Part shown: piece by piece, positions 25,367-33,833 of the stretch
Layout: the number at the start of each line of letters is the position of its first letter
Position numbering within the stretch: position 1 is the first letter of the stretch
Origin: a virus
Lineage: Duplodnaviria > Caudoviricetes
Strand: one strand, 5' to 3'
DNA: 52,513 nt
Virus record (IMG/VR): IMGVR_UViG_3300031565_000048
Coordinates: 1-52,513 of that record
Notes under the pieces: generated by a model
Database searches by the model: none
Told to the model about the DNA's origin: nothing
What the model saw: the letters and a program-made list of their open reading frames with translations, nothing else
Translations under genes and position numbers: made by a program

Positions 25367-26128
25367 TTAACTAATATGGTTTACCTGGAACGTTATTTCA
25401 TCTACACATCTTTGAACATTATCTTTAATTTCGTGCTCCCAGAAACGAAGAACCTGCCACCCATTCGCTCTAAGAGCCTTGTCCTGCCTTCTATCCTTCT
25501 CGACCATCTCAGGCAAGTTATGCCAGTAATCACCATCGCATTGAATAATGATCTTTCTCTCTGGAAAAACTATGTCAGGCTGGCACACCCCGCAAACCGG
25601 AAGATGCTTCTCGTAAATAATTCCTCGTTGGGTTAATTCGTTTTGCATAGCGACTTCAATAGAAGTATCCTTTTGGGGAAAAACCTGTTTTAGTCTAGCT
25701 TCTCGAATTTTATTTTTATGTTCTTCTGAAAATGTTTTTTCATAATAGCGGTGCATGTTTCCCTTTTTAAATCTACCCGAATGAGTTATTTTCTTTTGAG
25801 CATCCGACATTCTTCGTTTTGTATCTTCAGAAGCCTTGCGGTCCTTATTATGTTTGTTTCCCTTCGAGGATGTACTTATTTTTCTTCTATGATCCTCTGA
25901 GTATATTCCTTTTTGCCCTTTATTCCATGTAATAATACCTTTTAAAACCCTGCTAATTTTTTGTTTGTGTTCTTTAGATAGTGTTTTTCCTTTATGGGCA
26001 TTACTTATTTTTATTTTATGTTCTTCGGATAGTTTCTTATCCAGCCAATAACGTGTAGGGTTTTTCAGGTGACTCTCGGACATTTTTCTCTTGGTTTCTT
26101 CAGAGTGTTTAAACCCTTGTTTATACAT
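25367..26128 (-). CDS. NUMOD3-repeat / DUF559(Vsr)-like endonuclease
   Basis: Repeated SEE(T/H)KxK(M/I)S. C-terminal PDIVF...DGDYWH...GWQVLRFWE. Confidence 0.85.
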   Translation of the reverse strand: MYKQGFKHSEETKRKMSESHLKNPTRYWLDKKLSEEHKIKISNAHKGKTLSKEHKQKISRVLKGIITWNKGQKGIYSEDHRRKISTSSKGNKHNKDRKASEDTKRRMSDAQKKITHSGRFKKGNMHRYYEKTFSEEHKNKIREARLKQVFPQKDTSIEVAMQNELTQRGIIYEKHLPVCGVCQPDIVFPERKIIIQCDGDYWHNLPEMVEKDRRQDKALRANGWQVLRFWEHEIKDNVQRCVDEITFQVNHIS

Positions 26129-26145
26129 AGTTTCTTGTACCTCAT

Positions 26146-26640
26146 TTAACTGACATGATTCACCTGAAAAGTTATTTCGTAACGCAGAATCCTTGGCGAC
26201 GCATCCATCTCGTGGTGCGCTACGCCCTCGTCAAGCGGGATCTCGAAAGCTATCTTGGTGCAGGTGAAGTTAGTCCTCTCCTCATTCAGTATTCGGACAA
26301 CCTCGTACCGTATCTGCTCAGCGTAGTCGCGCCAAGTATCCGTCTCGTCGCCCGGTGGGATTGGCACCCAGACGTTCACCACGTACCGGTGGAAACTCAT
26401 CAAGACCAGCCCCGGAAGCAGTGTGCCCGGCGCGACTCCTAGATCGGATCCGAAATACCTGATAGGAGACGCTATCGGGCCGCTGACGATTATCTGGGCG
26501 TTCACGTTCGTGGCTCTAAGCTGCTTCCGGTCCACCCAACCCACGTCAAAATGCAGATGCCCGGCGTCAAGGGGCGTTAGTAAACCCCAGTTCGTCGCGA
26601 GCGACGCGATGATCTCCTCTGGGATCGTGGTCGTTGCCAT
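26146..26640 (-). CDS. Probable tail terminator or neck protein
   Basis: Follows the adaptor gene. Pattern YVVNVW...RYEITF. Confidence 0.55.
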   Translation of the reverse strand: MATTTIPEEIIASLATNWGLLTPLDAGHLHFDVGWVDRKQLRATNVNAQIIVSGPIASPIRYFGSDLGVAPGTLLPGLVLMSFHRYVVNVWVPIPPGDETDTWRDYAEQIRYEVVRILNEERTNFTCTKIAFEIPLDEGVAHHEMDASPRILRYEITFQVNHVS

Positions 26641-27311
26641 CAGGTTATCTCCATCGCGTGATAACGATATTTGTTTAAGATCGATTTTTCGTTTTCTGTG
26701 AGTACCTTCGGTGACCTGAAAAGCATGTTCAGGTTTCCGCCGCCTTCTAGGACTGGTGTTATGAGGTCGCCGAGTGTCCGCCTTCTAATCATGTCTGCCA
26801 TGATGTTTGAGCATAACTCTGCACAAACGTATTGGATGTCGTGTGGAATGGTTCCGTAGCCGAATGTGGCGATGACCGCGACGTTCTGCCGTCCTTGGGC
26901 GAAAACGTTGTCTCTATGGGTGATGTGGGCGGTATAGGTTTGGAAGTTCGTTAGTGTTTGTGTTACTCCCTCAATTTTGATTTCCGTTATTTCCATGAGA
27001 GGGATTGGCATTAGGTTGACGGGAAGCGTTGAAGTCAATGGAGCCGAGGAGGGGGGTGGCATTAACCCCGTCGTTTTGGCGTGGGGTGGGATGTGTTGGG
27101 TCTCCTTTCCCGTGCCATCCATTGTGATGGTTCCCGCGTTGAGCTGAAAGTTGTGGCGGCAATAGTTGTCTATGAAGTCCATGGCTTTGTAGATGAGGGT
27201 GCCATGCACCCAGTCATTGAAGTAGGTGATGGATCCGAAGCCAAGTTGCTGCCATTCAACTTGCCCAAGGATGCTAACATCTAGGGTCGAACAATATCTA
27301 ATCGCTGCCAT
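26640..27311 (-). CDS. Head-tail adaptor (gp6/gp15-like)
   Basis: FIDNYCRHNF...GYGTIPHDI...ILNKYR. Confidence 0.8.
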   Translation of the reverse strand: MAAIRYCSTLDVSILGQVEWQQLGFGSITYFNDWVHGTLIYKAMDFIDNYCRHNFQLNAGTITMDGTGKETQHIPPHAKTTGLMPPPSSAPLTSTLPVNLMPIPLMEITEIKIEGVTQTLTNFQTYTAHITHRDNVFAQGRQNVAVIATFGYGTIPHDIQYVCAELCSNIMADMIRRRTLGDLITPVLEGGGNLNMLFRSPKVLTENEKSILNKYRYHAMEIT

Positions 27312-27361
27312 TTTAACTCACGTTCTCCTGTTACCGTTTTATGGTTCTACGTGCTCCATCT

Positions 27362-28366
27362 CTAAAGCCCATCTTCTAAACTCCTCAGAAACTCTTCAGC
27401 TCGATGCCTATGAGTGTGTCGCTCCAAGATTAAGCGTCTGCCGTTGCCCGCTATACGTTCAGCCTCAGAGGGGTGACCCAGGTAATAATCCAGTTTGTGC
27501 TTCCAGTTGGTCGCCGTGATGGTCACATAGGTTTCGCCATCTACGAGTCCGAGGGCCGCCGCGTCGCTAGGCTCGTCAGCCATAACCAAGCATCCCGTGC
27601 TTGCGCCCTCCGTGTATTTCTGTATAGCATAACGGTATCTGCTGGAGCCGAAGAGAAGCATCCTCGTCTGCCCTAGCGTTTTCTCGTAGTCTTCACCGAC
27701 AATGTAGCGACTATCCCCCTTGTAATCGCTTATTTTTCTCTTGAAGCTTTCCAGCTTAGGGGGCTCCCTCATAAGCAGCCGTAGCCTCCGTTCCCCGCAG
27801 AATTGGGGTAGTTCCCTCCACAACCTGTTTCTAAGCGGGTAAACGGGTCCCTTCCTTCCGAGGAACGCTGCATCTATCGTCTTCTCAAGCGGCTTGAATT
27901 TATCTGGGTCCACGCTCCAAGGAAGGAAATATACGCGGGGATTGAGGCTCTTAAGAAACAGGTCTGGAGGCGCCGAGGTTCCGTAGATGTGAAGATACTT
28001 CAGGAACACGGCGTCGTATCCAGCGGTGTTTATCAAGTTCACAAAACCGCGTGGGGTTTGAATGTTTTTACTCCATTTTCCGTGTAGATCTGAGAGGAAG
28101 GCGCCGACTTTATAGTGTCGGTTGCTCGGCGGGTTGAATCCGTCGTCCCTATCGAACACCCAGTCGGCGTCCGGCATCACCCGTTTCACGGTTTCATTCA
28201 TGAACTCGTTCGGCTTATGCAGGGGCCACCCTTCTCCCGCCCATTGGCATTCTGCTAGTTTACCGACCGCTTGCTCGAACTCATGATACTTTCCTGGTGC
28301 GCCTACGAGGCCCTCGCATCGGCGTCTTAGAAACAGGATTTTCATTTTAGGGTTTCCTGATAACAT
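27362..28366 (-). CDS. GT-B glycosyltransferase (CgeB/Glyco_trans_1_2-like)
   Basis: PWSVDP, AFLG, and IAGNGRRLILERHT. Confidence 0.8.
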   Translation of the reverse strand: MLSGNPKMKILFLRRRCEGLVGAPGKYHEFEQAVGKLAECQWAGEGWPLHKPNEFMNETVKRVMPDADWVFDRDDGFNPPSNRHYKVGAFLSDLHGKWSKNIQTPRGFVNLINTAGYDAVFLKYLHIYGTSAPPDLFLKSLNPRVYFLPWSVDPDKFKPLEKTIDAAFLGRKGPVYPLRNRLWRELPQFCGERRLRLLMREPPKLESFKRKISDYKGDSRYIVGEDYEKTLGQTRMLLFGSSRYRYAIQKYTEGASTGCLVMADEPSDAAALGLVDGETYVTITATNWKHKLDYYLGHPSEAERIAGNGRRLILERHTHRHRAEEFLRSLEDGL

Positions 28367-28382
28367 CGTTCAGCTTTAGCTC

Positions 28383-29339
28383 TTAATTCACCCGTTCTTC
28401 AATCCAGTGATAGAGTTTAGATATACCATCTTCAAGACTGACTTTTGGCTCCCAATCCAAAACCTTGCGAAGCAAGGTTAAGTCTGCGTTCCTTCCTCGG
28501 ACACCCTGTGGTTTCGAGAGATCGTGTTCAATCGTCAGGTTCTTCCCAGCTATCCCCATAACCACGTGCGCCAGCTCGTCCACGCCGACGCTCCGACTCG
28601 TGCCGATGTTAACCGGATCACTGAAACCGCTTTGAGTCAGCCTGTAGAAACCCTCGCAGCAGTCGTCCACCCAGAGGTAGCTCCGCCTCTGTTTGCCGTC
28701 ACCCCAGAGAATGATCGAGCCCCCATCAGGAGCCTCGGCCACCTTTCTGCAGACCGCGGCCGGGAACTTCTCCTGCCCTCCCGTGTAAGTCCCGTGGGTG
28801 CCGTAAATATTGTGGAATCGGGCAATCCGAACGGGAAGCCCGTAGTCATGTTCGTAGCTCTTGCAAAGCAATTCGGCGTACAGCTTTTCCCACCCGTAGG
28901 CCGAATCTGGGTGGGCCGGTAATACACTGCTCTCCTTAAGGGGCGGGGAATGAGGTTCCGCTTGGAGGTCGCGGTTGTAGGTACACGCCGAGCTGCTGAA
29001 GAAGTAGCGGTTCACATCGGCGAGGCGGGATGCCTTAAGCATGTTGAGGTTGATAAGGGAATTGTTATGCATTATCGGGGCGTTGTACTCGGTGATGTAG
29101 CCTATGCCCCCCATGTCGGCCGCCAAGTTGAAGACCCAGTCAACGTCGGTTAGGGCGGAAACCGCGTTCTCGAAGAGCCTCAAATCGATCTGTAGAAACT
29201 CGTCTTCCTTGGTTTCTAGGTAGCAATCGCTTCTACTTTTTATGTCGGCCCCTCTTACCCAGTGCCCCTTGGATTTCAGGTAGTTAACTAGATGGCTTCC
29301 AATGAAGCCAACGGACCCGGTTACGAGACATTTCATCAA
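28383..29339 (-). CDS. GDP-mannose 3,5-epimerase-like NDP-sugar epimerase
   Basis: TGSVGFIG, AADMGGIGYI, SSACTY, YGWEK, RFHNIYG and EKFPAAVCRK. Confidence 0.88.
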   Translation of the reverse strand: MMKCLVTGSVGFIGSHLVNYLKSKGHWVRGADIKSRSDCYLETKEDEFLQIDLRLFENAVSALTDVDWVFNLAADMGGIGYITEYNAPIMHNNSLINLNMLKASRLADVNRYFFSSSACTYNRDLQAEPHSPPLKESSVLPAHPDSAYGWEKLYAELLCKSYEHDYGLPVRIARFHNIYGTHGTYTGGQEKFPAAVCRKVAEAPDGGSIILWGDGKQRRSYLWVDDCCEGFYRLTQSGFSDPVNIGTSRSVGVDELAHVVMGIAGKNLTIEHDLSKPQGVRGRNADLTLLRKVLDWEPKVSLEDGISKLYHWIEERVN

Positions 29340-29359
29340 TATTTTCCTCCTAAGAATTA

Positions 29360-30454
29360 TTAAGGTTCATGATACAAGTGCCAATGCTCCCCAATCCCAA
29401 GTTTTTCAAGCAAGGTTTTCCAGAAACCTATGTTTTCGACCGTTATGTGCCAAGAACGATTCCAAAACCGACCAAAACCTTTCATGTGTATTCTATGGAT
29501 GTTTGCTTTACCGACCCTGTCCATTTCAAGGAGGACCCTATCCAAGCCGGATCTGTGTATATGCTCCAGGACTCCAAGACTAATCACGGCATCAAAACTT
29601 TTGTTCCTGAAGGGCAAGGTCTCCGTTGAAGCCTTAATGATGTGATCAGACACCCTTTTTCTTATTGCCCTTCCATAAATTTCTATTCCATAGATCTCAA
29701 AGCCTCTACTTTCCAAAATGTTGATGCCGTAACCAGTTAAGCAACCAACCTCCAATATTTTTTGGGGGTTTGGCTCCAATGATTTTAATACGTCAGCAAT
29801 TTCGTAATATCTCTGTGGATAAAAAGATGTTTTATCATCTATATCTAAGTCGTAAGCATCATTCAAATACCATCTACAAGCTTCCCAATACTCCTTGGGT
29901 AAAGCATTAGACTGTTTTTGTATAACACCAAGACCGAAACACTCGGGATAATTAGTAAATAAAAATGTTGGATTCTCTTCAAGATATTTTTCTATTGCTT
30001 TCATAAGATCAGGATAGTTCTGTGCAGTTGTGTCGTGAAGGGACATTATTCCATTTTCTTTAACCCAGTCCCCCCATTCACGGAGTTCTGCAAGAGTGTG
30101 TTTAAAGGTATGGCTCGTATCAATGAATAGGTGGTCTATTGGCTTGTCCCATTCTTTGATGATCTCTATATCGTTTCCATGGATAAAAGACCAATTGGGT
30201 TCTCCTTTCAATCGTCTTCTAGTCTTGTTGCATTCTGCTATATCCACACTGATTAATCGCCCACCTGTATCGTTTACAGCAGCTAACAATGCTGTTGTAG
30301 ACTCTCCACTTCTCACCCCAAGTTCTACTACAACCTTTTCTTTAAAAGGGATATTGGCAGTTAGCTTATAGAGGCGAGTCAGGTGTTTATTTATGTCACT
30401 TTTCATCTTGGATCTAGATAGAACGTTTTCATATGTTAGCAAGTCTACATTCAA
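29360..30454 (-). CDS. Tandem class I SAM methyltransferase (Methyltransf_24-like plus second domain)
   Basis: VVELGV...FIDTSH...HD, followed by ILEVGC...VLEHI. Confidence 0.85.
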   Translation of the reverse strand: MNVDLLTYENVLSRSKMKSDINKHLTRLYKLTANIPFKEKVVVELGVRSGESTTALLAAVNDTGGRLISVDIAECNKTRRRLKGEPNWSFIHGNDIEIIKEWDKPIDHLFIDTSHTFKHTLAELREWGDWVKENGIMSLHDTTAQNYPDLMKAIEKYLEENPTFLFTNYPECFGLGVIQKQSNALPKEYWEACRWYLNDAYDLDIDDKTSFYPQRYYEIADVLKSLEPNPQKILEVGCLTGYGINILESRGFEIYGIEIYGRAIRKRVSDHIIKASTETLPFRNKSFDAVISLGVLEHIHRSGLDRVLLEMDRVGKANIHRIHMKGFGRFWNRSWHITVENIGFWKTLLEKLGIGEHWHLYHEP

Positions 30455-30471
30455 TCCAGCGATTTTCCAGC

Positions 30472-31251
30472 CTACCGTTTACGTGAACCATACAGTTTAT
30501 CTAATAAACGTTTTGACTCTATCCTGTGTTTGTTCCATTCTGGATCAGTTTTTTCTATCACGCTAGTAGTTCTCCCCTGAAAGTGATAAACACATGTATT
30601 CAAAGCAATTACATTCTTAAAGCCAGCGTTTGATAACCGTATCCCAATATCCTTATCTTCACCCATCCAGTAAATAGGGTTCCAAAGTCCAACTTGTTCA
30701 AGAGCACTTCTTCTGAAGAGGGTGTGGCTCCCATTAACCCACCACATTTTCTTCAAGCCGTTATTATTCTTTATAGTCCGTGCAAATTCATGTATTTTCT
30801 CCGGATCTTTTCCACGGAGACTCCATAGTGCCTGGCACACTGCTATTTTCTTGTCCATCTCCATATGCTGGATCAATCTCGTAAGCCAACCTTCTGTTAG
30901 AATCAAATCATTGTCCAAGTCACCAATGTATTCGCTTTCTTTGCTACATTTACTGAAGCCGATGTTCATCGCCTCGCCTATCCCAATTTTTGGCACGAAG
31001 ACTTTCACGGTTTCCTTGTGTAGCTCCGAATTAAGCCACTCCCTCGTTCCATCGGTGCTTATACAATCAACCCAGACAAGTTCATAGGGGTATCGAGTGT
31101 ACTTTTTCAGAGAAGAATACATCATCTGGCTATACATAATCTGGTTATGACTCGTCACTATTAACGAGACTTTGGGTTTAGACGATTGGATTCCTGATGA
31201 TTCAGCTACATTAGAGTTCGGGCCATCGCCCAACGATTTCACCTCCCTCAT
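30472..31251 (-). CDS. GT2 glycosyltransferase
   Basis: VDCISTDGT, LDND, GEDKD, VYHF. Start uncertain. Confidence 0.85.
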   Translation of the reverse strand: MREVKSLGDGPNSNVAESSGIQSSKPKVSLIVTSHNQIMYSQMMYSSLKKYTRYPYELVWVDCISTDGTREWLNSELHKETVKVFVPKIGIGEAMNIGFSKCSKESEYIGDLDNDLILTEGWLTRLIQHMEMDKKIAVCQALWSLRGKDPEKIHEFARTIKNNNGLKKMWWVNGSHTLFRRSALEQVGLWNPIYWMGEDKDIGIRLSNAGFKNVIALNTCVYHFQGRTTSVIEKTDPEWNKHRIESKRLLDKLYGSRKR

Positions 31252-32059
31252 AGACCAACTTGTACCGTGGGTTTCTCTGTTCTTCCCTAATAACCTCGGG
31301 AAGCCCTTGCCGGTGACTCTCCTTTAATGGTGCTGCATAGCGTTGCAACAGGTCTAGGAACCAGGTGGGGGCGATGCGCTTCACGTCCTCAAGGGTCAGT
31401 CCCTCCTCGGCCTCTACGTACTCCAGGAGTGAGGGGTGATGGCCGCCCGAGAATTGCCATTGCAGTTGCCGGTTCTCCGGCGTCCGCCACTCGCGACCCG
31501 TCTCCGGTTTGAAGGGCTCACCTCGGAGCCAGTAGCGCCACGCCGGCCTTACCCGGCTGAGGCTCACTGCCCAATTATTCAGCAGGATTCGCCCCGAGAC
31601 TGGAAGAGGGTAGTCGAAGTCATCTCGCCACCGAATTGCGTCACGGGGGAATAATACGTTATGATGAGCATGGAACGGGAGGGATGTGAAGTAATGCTCA
31701 TAGTCGCCCATCAGGTTTAAGCTGCGAACCATACCGGGACGCCCTCCCTCAGCAGACTGTCTTAGCTCTTTCTTCAATGCCTCAGTGAGGACGATGTTCG
31801 CGTCTACCAGTTGTATCCACGGATGCGTGCATTTCTCTATCGCTGCCCGGCGGGCCTGACCGAGCCCTCGAATCGTGACGCTGAAAACCTCGCCCGGCAA
31901 GTCTAGTCTGTCAAGCCACTCCCGAGCCTTGCCGACGGTTCCGTCGAAGCTACCTGTGTCGGAGATCACGACCTCGTCGGCGTGGCCTTTGAGGGATTTA
32001 AGGCAGAGGTCTATAGTCTCCGCCTCACACCAGGCGATGAGGGCGGCGCTAATCTTCAC
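31211..32059 (-). CDS. GT2 glycosyltransferase
   Basis: DTGSFDGT and VDAN. Confidence 0.8.
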   Translation of the reverse strand: MKISAALIAWCEAETIDLCLKSLKGHADEVVISDTGSFDGTVGKAREWLDRLDLPGEVFSVTIRGLGQARRAAIEKCTHPWIQLVDANIVLTEALKKELRQSAEGGRPGMVRSLNLMGDYEHYFTSLPFHAHHNVLFPRDAIRWRDDFDYPLPVSGRILLNNWAVSLSRVRPAWRYWLRGEPFKPETGREWRTPENRQLQWQFSGGHHPSLLEYVEAEEGLTLEDVKRIAPTWFLDLLQRYAAPLKESHRQGLPEVIREEQRNPRYKLVYEGGEIVGRWPEL

Positions 32060-32861
32060 GCCACAGCCCCCAGGCTTCGTCGTTACGCCTCACACCCTTA
32101 GTGACTCGAGCCCACCGTGAGTTCTGCTTTATGGCCGCTATGACCTTTTTATCTTTAGCCCTAATTGCGTTCACCGGTATGCTCGGGTGATGCACGTGAT
32201 ATACGGTGGTTCCCTCTTCACCGGCGACGTAGAGCCGGTAGCGACTCATTCCCGCCCTGGCGGCACGTTTCCACATATCCACGTCCTCAGAGCCCCAGAC
32301 CGTCATGCGCTCGTCGAAGCCCTGGCACTCGTGCCACCAATCGGTGGAGGCGCTCACGAAGCCGCCCCATCCCTCTGACCCAAAGGTCCAGCGTGCTAAA
32401 GCTAGTTTGTCGTAGTCTTCTGGAAGCGTGAGGGTGGCGGGGTCTACGGCCGCAAAGTCTAGGATTGTCACATTGGTGCTCATATAGGTGCGTGGTTTGG
32501 CGGTGTGTATCCGGTGGGCGACTTCGAGGACGCGGGGCTCCATTATCAGGTCGGCATCCAGGGAACACGACGTCCTCGCCGTGGCCCGTCGGAGCCCTAT
32601 GTTTCGGGCGACGGAGAGGCTCCAGGGTGCATCTGTCTTACAGTGGTAGACGGTGCAGTCTGGGAGTAGTCTCATCAGTTTCTCATGGTTTTCCTCGGTG
32701 GAGCCGTAGTCGACTATGATTAGCTCCAGGGGTTGAAGCGTCTGCAGTTCCACGCTTTTCAGGCAGAGACGGAGGGCGTGGCCGCACCGGTCTCGGATGG
32801 GGATAACCACCGAGTAGACCGGGTTCTCCACGCCGTGAACCTGCGGGGTCTCAACAGCCAT
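32049..32861 (-). CDS. GT2/GT7C glycosyltransferase
   Basis: VDYGS, ARNIG, DAD, GFDE...WGSED. Confidence 0.88.
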   Translation of the reverse strand: MAVETPQVHGVENPVYSVVIPIRDRCGHALRLCLKSVELQTLQPLELIIVDYGSTEENHEKLMRLLPDCTVYHCKTDAPWSLSVARNIGLRRATARTSCSLDADLIMEPRVLEVAHRIHTAKPRTYMSTNVTILDFAAVDPATLTLPEDYDKLALARWTFGSEGWGGFVSASTDWWHECQGFDERMTVWGSEDVDMWKRAARAGMSRYRLYVAGEEGTTVYHVHHPSIPVNAIRAKDKKVIAAIKQNSRWARVTKGVRRNDEAWGLWRED

Positions 32862-32862
32862 T

Positions 32863-33027
32863 TTAGTCTCGCCTCAGCCGCCCTAGTCTGGATCCGCAGA
32901 TGGGGCAGCACGGCGTCTTCAATAGGTAATATATTAGGTAGAATATGCCGAAGCCGAAGATGAAGCCGATCCAGCTCCAGCCTTTATGAGGTCGGACGTT
33001 CCGGTTGCAATATTTACAGAACCTCAT
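32863..33027 (-). CDS. Small membrane Zn-ribbon protein (LITAF-like topology)
   Basis: CKYC, a hydrophobic segment, then CPIC. 54 aa, below the ORF track cutoff. Confidence 0.6.
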   Translation of the reverse strand: MRFCKYCNRNVRPHKGWSWIGFIFGFGIFYLIYYLLKTPCCPICGSRLGRLRRD

Positions 33028-33833
33028 TTCGGTGCTCGCCCCCAGACGAAGGCGTCGATGGCGTCCTTAGCGATCTGCTCGCCGTCAACGACTGTGCCGT
33101 CCTTCATTATGTATGGTGGTGGGTTGAAGGGCTGCCCCCTCAACGTCTCGATTGCCGTCTTCTTTATGCCGAGCTTCATATCGTCGAGGTGCAGCACCTC
33201 AGTGCCTGGGTCAGCCCAGACCTCGTAGCCTTCCTTCAACGCGTTCTCGCAGAACCGTATATGTGGGTGCGGGTTCTCATAGTCGACAAGCTTGAATGGC
33301 TCGTATTTGGCGAGGTAGCAGCTGCCGACGCTGTCTAGCTCGAAAGGCTCTCCGTTGTTGGGGTCGGGTGGCGAGAAGGGGTGGAACCGGTGTTCATATA
33401 TTCGGAAGCAGTGGATGTCGAAGAACTGGCGGGGGTTCGATCTGTCAACCCACACGAAGGGGGCGATGATGTCTTTGTCATGTTTCTTCAGGCGTTGGAT
33501 CAGGTCGGCGGGGGCATGCATTATGTCGGCGTCGAGAAGCAGGAAGTGGGTCTCCTCCTCCCAGCCCTCCTCGCCGATGATCTCCTGGAAGTCCTTGTAG
33601 ACGGGGGCGATCTCAGCGGCGGATAGGGGTCCGGGCATCCACGGCTCAGCGATTATCTCCGTCGGGTGCTTAGTGTCATGCTCATACTGTTGTAAGATAT
33701 TAAGCGTAGGGTCGCGGCTAAAGCCATAACTGAATATGACGCGGGACACGTCCTCAAGTTTCTCAAGCTGCTCAAGGAAGCGGGCGAGCCAAATCGCCGA
33801 GTTCTTAACTGGGACGCCGACCATGACGCTCAT
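33024..33833 (-). CDS. GT-A glycosyltransferase (Anp1-like)
   Basis: GVPVKN, LLDAD, ELDSVGS. Probable start at 33833 (ATGA overlap). Confidence 0.75.
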   Translation of the reverse strand: MSVMVGVPVKNSAIWLARFLEQLEKLEDVSRVIFSYGFSRDPTLNILQQYEHDTKHPTEIIAEPWMPGPLSAAEIAPVYKDFQEIIGEEGWEEETHFLLLDADIMHAPADLIQRLKKHDKDIIAPFVWVDRSNPRQFFDIHCFRIYEHRFHPFSPPDPNNGEPFELDSVGSCYLAKYEPFKLVDYENPHPHIRFCENALKEGYEVWADPGTEVLHLDDMKLGIKKTAIETLRGQPFNPPPYIMKDGTVVDGEQIAKDAIDAFVWGRAPK

